Assembly: GCA_963711565.1 (NCBI GenBank)
Contig: CAVQEQ010000001.1
Span: 512,001 to 576,000 of the forward strand
Origin: an uncultured delta proteobacterium
GTDB lineage: Bacteria; Desulfobacterota; Binatia; Binatales; Binataceae
Length of the DNA stretch: 64,000 nt
Direction: 5' to 3'
Position numbers and translations under genes: made by a program. The notes beneath the pieces were generated by a model. It saw nothing but the letters and a program-made list of their open reading frames with translations, did no database searches and had not been told where the DNA came from. Positions 60,017 to 64,000 of this stretch are shown here, piece after piece; positions within the stretch are counted from its first letter, which is position 1, and the number at the start of each line of letters is the position of its first letter.

Positions 60017-61504
60017 ATGGCGCAGCTTACGAAATTACTCGTCGCAAATCGCGGCGAGATTGCGCTTCGGATCATCCGCAGCGCGCGCCTCTTCGGCCTC
60101 AAAACTGTCGCGGTCTATTCGGCGGCGGACGCGAAAAGCGCACACGTCGGCGCGGCTGACGAGGCGACAGCGATCGGACCTGCCGAGGCCGCCAAGAGCT
60201 ACCTCGACATCGCGGCAATAATCGCAGCCGCAAAGAAGTCGCGTGCCGACGCGATTCACCCCGGCTACGGATTTCTCTCCGAGCGTCCCGAATTCGCGCA
60301 AGCCGCGGCCGATGCGCAGATCGTGTTCGTCGGACCGCGGCCGGAAGTCATGGCGGCGCTCGGCGACAAGGTCGCGGCGCGGCGAATCGCGGTCGCGGCG
60401 GGAGTCCCGGTCGTGCCGGGAATCGAGATTGCGGAAATCCCCGCGGCGCGCGAGTTTGCGGCAGTCGCCGGATATCCGATCCTGATCAAGGCTGCCGCGG
60501 GAGGAGGCGGACGCGGAATGCGCGTCGTCGCCGAAGCGGCGCAGCTCGAGAGCGCTCTGGAAGCGGCTGCGCGCGAAGCGGCCGCGGCATTCGGTGACGG
60601 GCGGATTTTTGTCGAAAAATATCTGGCGCATCCGCGGCATATCGAAATACAAATTCTCGGCGACGAGCACGGCAATATAGTCGCGCTCGGCGAGCGCGAT
60701 TGCTCGATCCAGCGGCGGCATCAGAAGATTATCGAGGAATCGCCCGCGCCGGGACTTTCGAGCGCAATGCGCGCGACGATAATCGAGGCGGCGCTGAAAC
60801 TCGCGAGCGCGGCTCATTACACCAACGCCGGCACGGTGGAGTTTCTGGTCGAGGACGACAACTTCTACTTCCTCGAGGTCAACGCGCGCCTGCAAGTCGA
60901 ACATCCGGTGACCGAGATGCGGTTTGGATGCGACCTGGTATGCGAGCAGTTGCGGATCGCGTCGGGCGGCAAGGTATCGGAGCCGGCGGCTCCGAGCGGT
61001 GCGGCGATCGAATGCCGAATCAACGCCGAGGATCCCGAGCATGATTTCCGTCCCGCGACGGGAACCGTGCTTCATCTGAATGTTCCCGGCGGCCCAGGCG
61101 TCCGCTTCGATTCGCACATGACGCGCGGCGCCGAAGTGACGCCATGGTACGACGGTCTGCTCGGCAAGCTCGTCTGTTACGGCGCGAATCGCGAGGAGGC
61201 GCGCGGACGGCTCGTCAATGCGCTCAGCGAATTCGCGCTGCTGGGAGTGACGAACAACGCGGCGTACCTGCGCGACATTATTGCGAGCGAGCAATTTCGC
61301 GACGCGAAACTCTCGACGCACTTCATCGACGAATTCTTTTCGCAATGGAAGATCAGTGCCGCCGAGATAGATGCCGCGATTGTCGCGGCCGCGATCACCG
61401 CCGGAGATCGGCAACCTGAAGGCGTTGCGTCAGGAGCCGGCGCCGGGCGTCGTTCGCCATGGGACGGTCTGAACAACTTCGAGCTGTGGGGATCGCGGCG
61501 ATGA
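60017..61504 (+). CDS. Biotin carboxylase subunit of an acyl-CoA carboxylase
   Basis: LVANRGEIA, IHPGYGFLSE, GGGGRGM, ERDCSIQRRHQK, EVNARLQVEHPVTE. Confidence 0.93.
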   Translation: MAQLTKLLVANRGEIALRIIRSARLFGLKTVAVYSAADAKSAHVGAADEATAIGPAEAAKSYLDIAAIIAAAKKSRADAIHPGYGFLSERPEFAQAAADAQIVFVGPRPEVMAALGDKVAARRIAVAAGVPVVPGIEIAEIPAAREFAAVAGYPILIKAAAGGGGRGMRVVAEAAQLESALEAAAREAAAAFGDGRIFVEKYLAHPRHIEIQILGDEHGNIVALGERDCSIQRRHQKIIEESPAPGLSSAMRATIIEAALKLASAAHYTNAGTVEFLVEDDNFYFLEVNARLQVEHPVTEMRFGCDLVCEQLRIASGGKVSEPAAPSGAAIECRINAEDPEHDFRPATGTVLHLNVPGGPGVRFDSHMTRGAEVTPWYDGLLGKLVCYGANREEARGRLVNALSEFALLGVTNNAAYLRDIIASEQFRDAKLSTHFIDEFFSQWKISAAEIDAAIVAAAITAGDRQPEGVASGAGAGRRSPWDGLNNFELWGSRR

Positions 61505-62031
61505 AGCTAACGCGCGAGGGTGATTCGCACGAGATCGACGCCGAGGTGATCTCGCGCGACAGCAGCACAATACGCGTCCGTATCGGAGGCCGCGAAGTCA
61601 TCGCGGAGTTCTCTCCGAATGCCGACGGTGGCGGGATTCTTGCCCTCGGCGGCCAGCGCTACCAGATCTTTGGCGCACGGCGAAAGGAATCGATCTTCGT
61701 CTCAGTCGGCCCGGCGTCCTTCGAGTTCAGGCCCGCGGAAGCGGCTGCTCGACGCCGCGCACGGGGGCTCGCGGCGGCCGAAATCACTGCGCCGATGCCG
61801 GGAAAGGTGCTCAAAGTGCTCGTCCGCGACGGCGACCTAGTCGAAGCGGGACAGGCGCTCGTCGTGATCGAAGCGATGAAAATGGAAACGACGCTCGCCG
61901 CCGAGAGCGCGGCACTCGTGAAACATGTTCGCGTCGAGGAGGGGCAGACCGTCGATCACGGCGCGGTGCTGATCGAGCTTAGCCCTCCGCCGGCTTCATC
62001 AGGTCGCGAATCTGGGCCTCTAGAGTCGTGA
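61501..62031 (+). CDS. BT-like domain plus biotin carboxyl carrier domain
   Basis: APMPGKV, IEAMKME (biotinyl-Lys); ATGA overlap with the carboxylase. Confidence 0.9.
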   Translation: MKLTREGDSHEIDAEVISRDSSTIRVRIGGREVIAEFSPNADGGGILALGGQRYQIFGARRKESIFVSVGPASFEFRPAEAAARRRARGLAAAEITAPMPGKVLKVLVRDGDLVEAGQALVVIEAMKMETTLAAESAALVKHVRVEEGQTVDHGAVLIELSPPPASSGRESGPLES

Positions 62032-62218
62032 TCCAATCCTCGAAGTCGCCGTCGCGCTCGACCACAATCTCGAGCTTGCCGTTTTTCAAAATCGAAACTC
62101 GCCCCGGATGCTCGGTGCGCAGCGGAATCTCAACCGCCTCGCGCGAGATTCCCATCGGATCGATCACCGCGAAGATCCTCTCGATTTCTTTCAGTGTGAC
62201 GGCATTGAGCATGTGCAT
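61979..62218 (-). CDS. Small hypothetical protein
   Basis: 79-aa ORF with protein-like composition and a GAGG RBS; convergent overlap with the BCCP gene. Confidence 0.55.
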   Translation of the reverse strand: MHMLNAVTLKEIERIFAVIDPMGISREAVEIPLRTEHPGRVSILKNGKLEIVVERDGDFEDWITTLEAQIRDLMKPAEG

Positions 62219-62299
62219 GCCTCGCGCGAGTACGTCTTTACTTAAATTGTCAGCGTCGTAAGCTCAAGGCGCGCACAATTTTGTTCGGGGGAGGATCGC

Positions 62300-62503
62300 G
62301 TGTTCGGAACAATCAAGAAGGTAGTCAAGGACAAGGGCTTCGGCTTCATCATCGCGGACGACGGCGGCGACGAAGTTTTCTTCCATCGCTCGGCGCTGTC
62401 GCCCAAGGTCTATTTCGACGACCTGCGCGAGGGCAACGAAGTTCAGTTCGACGTGCGCTCGGGTGAGAAGGGCCGCCAGGCATTCAACCTGCGCCTGCGA
62501 TAA
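62300..62503 (+). CDS. Cold-shock domain protein
   Basis: KGFGFI (RNP1), VFFH.S (RNP2), KGRQA.N; GGAGG RBS. Confidence 0.92.
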   Translation: MFGTIKKVVKDKGFGFIIADDGGDEVFFHRSALSPKVYFDDLREGNEVQFDVRSGEKGRQAFNLRLR

Positions 62504-62504
62504 C

Positions 62505-64000
62505 TCATCGCGTGAGCGCAAACCAGCTCTTCATCATGCCTGCGACGAACGGCGTTAGCCGCGTGCGCGTGTAGAGTCCGGCGGCGCGGCGAATCGCGTC
62601 GGCCTGCGTCGGGTATGGATGTATCACGTCGCCGAGACTGCCCAGGCCCACGCCGGCTTTGATCGCGGTCGTGAGCTCCGAGATGATCTCGCCGGCGTGA
62701 CTCGCCACTATCGTCGCACCAATGATCCGATCGCTGCCCTCCTTCACCAGCACTTTCACGAAGCCGTCGGTTTCTCCGTCGAGCACGGCGCGATCGACCT
62801 CCTTCAGTTCCTGCGTGTAGGTCGCGACCGCGATTCCGCGCTCCTTCGCCTCGGCTTCGTAGAGTCCGACGTGCGCAATTTCGGGATCCGTGTAAGTACA
62901 CCATGGAATAGTCAGTTGGCTCGCGCGCTGGCGGCCGAAGAATAGTGCGTTGCGGATGATGATGCGCGCGTGCGCGTCGGCCACGTGAGTAAACTTGTAT
63001 GGCGATGCGACGTCGCCGCCCGCGTACACCAGCGGATTTGTCGTACGCAGGTGGTCATCGACCTTCACGCCGTTCTGCTTGTCGTATTCGATCATCGCGG
63101 CTTCGAGATTCAGTCCCTCGACCGCCGGGACTCGCCCAACCCCGATCAAAATCGCGTCGGTAGAGATCTCGCGGCGGACACCGTCGCGTTCGGTCGCGAG
63201 TATTCTTTCGCCACCGCGCATCTCGACGCTGGAAATTTTGCATCCCGTCATGATCTCCACGCCGTCGCGGACGATCGCGCGCTCGACCCGCTCGGCGGCG
63301 TCGCGATCTTCGCGAATCAAAATTTGCGGCGCGACTTCCAGCAACGTGACCTGCGCGCCGAAGCGCGCGAAGGTTTGCGCGAGCTCGCACCCGATCGGTC
63401 CCGCGCCAATCACGGCGATTCGCCGCGGCAATTCGGTCAGCGAAAAGACCGTCTCGTTGGTCAGGTAGCCGGCCTCGGCAAGGCCCGGAATCGGGATCGA
63501 TGCGGCGCGCGCTCCGGTTGTGACCGCCGCCTTCTTGAATTTGAGCCGCTTGCCGTCAACCTCGACGCAATCGGGCGCGACAAAATGTCCGTCGCCGATA
63601 AACACGTTGACGCCCAAGCCGCGGAATCGGTTGGCCGAGTCGGTTGGGCTGAGCTCGGCGCGCAGCTTGCGCATCCGCTCCATCACGGCCGGAAAATTTA
63701 CGTGCACTCCCGGCGGGACTTCGATGCCGAAGCGCGCCGCGTCGCGTACCGCCGCGGCCGCGCGCGCCGATCGGATCAGCGCCTTCGACGGCACGCATCC
63801 GAAATTCAGGCAATCTCCGCCCATCAGGTCGCGCTCGACCAGCGCGACCTTCGCACCGAGGATTGCCGCGCCCGCGGCCGTCACCAGGCCCGCCGTGCCG
63901 GCGCCTATCACCACCATGTTGTAGCGGTCGGCTGGCGCGGGGTTGACCCATCCACTGGGATGCAGGTTTTCCGTCAGCGCGAGGTTGTATGCGTCGAGCG
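62505..64000 (-). CDS. Flavoprotein disulfide reductase, mercuric-reductase-like family (5' end beyond window)
   Basis: HPSGWVNP..RYNMVVIGAGTAG, GGDCLNFGCVPSK, IGAGPIGCE, HPYPT. No C-terminal CC pair. Confidence 0.85.
   Translation of the reverse strand, partial: LDAYNLALTENLHPSGWVNPAPADRYNMVVIGAGTAGLVTAAGAAILGAKVALVERDLMGGDCLNFGCVPSKALIRSARAAAAVRDAARFGIEVPPGVHVNFPAVMERMRKLRAELSPTDSANRFRGLGVNVFIGDGHFVAPDCVEVDGKRLKFKKAAVTTGARAASIPIPGLAEAGYLTNETVFSLTELPRRIAVIGAGPIGCELAQTFARFGAQVTLLEVAPQILIREDRDAAERVERAIVRDGVEIMTGCKISSVEMRGGERILATERDGVRREISTDAILIGVGRVPAVEGLNLEAAMIEYDKQNGVKVDDHLRTTNPLVYAGGDVASPYKFTHVADAHARIIIRNALFFGRQRASQLTIPWCTYTDPEIAHVGLYEAEAKERGIAVATYTQELKEVDRAVLDGETDGFVKVLVKEGSDRIIGATIVASHAGEIISELTTAIKAGVGLGSLGDVIHPYPTQADAIRRAAGLYTRTRLTPFVAGMMKSWFALTR

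Noticed and set aside
62505-64000. True mercuric reductase merA
   Set aside because: Lacks the C-terminal Cys-Cys pair and no mer genes are in view.

Overview
GC-rich bacterial chromosomal segment with no rRNA, tRNA, CRISPR array or intact transposase seen. The gene content and order suggest a deltaproteobacteria-like lineage such as Candidatus Binatota. This is an inference from the many LLM, F420 and acyl-CoA dehydrogenase paralogs and the xerC-hslVU-argBDFGH-lipoprotein-lysA-dapF-dapA order. Left third: accessory and catabolic genes (amidase, F420 reductase, GST, VOC, Rieske oxygenase, signal-less class A beta-lactamase, ClC, ACAD pair with LLM and APH kinase). Middle: hisHF-ribH, an APC transporter with a divergent sigma54 activator, and the arg/dap/hsl/xerC block. 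Right: glmU, a glmS ribozyme and glmS, followed by a compositionally distinct insert encoding a Pycsar-effector-like (PycTM/DUF5706-like) membrane protein overlapping a cytidine deaminase. After that come ptrB, a GH38 hydrolase and a split biotin carboxylase. Main observations: (1) the PycTM-like/cdd module directly after glmS; (2) a complete glmS ribozyme inside a glmU-glmS unit; (3) an unannotated 58-aa Cys/His-rich ORF between argG and argH; (4) a sigma54 activator whose phosphoacceptor Asp is Asn; (5) an archaeal-type RibH; (6) two dispersed palindromic repeat families. Three genes carry single-base frameshifts that are probably assembly errors. All calls come from reading the sequence by eye; no database searches were run.
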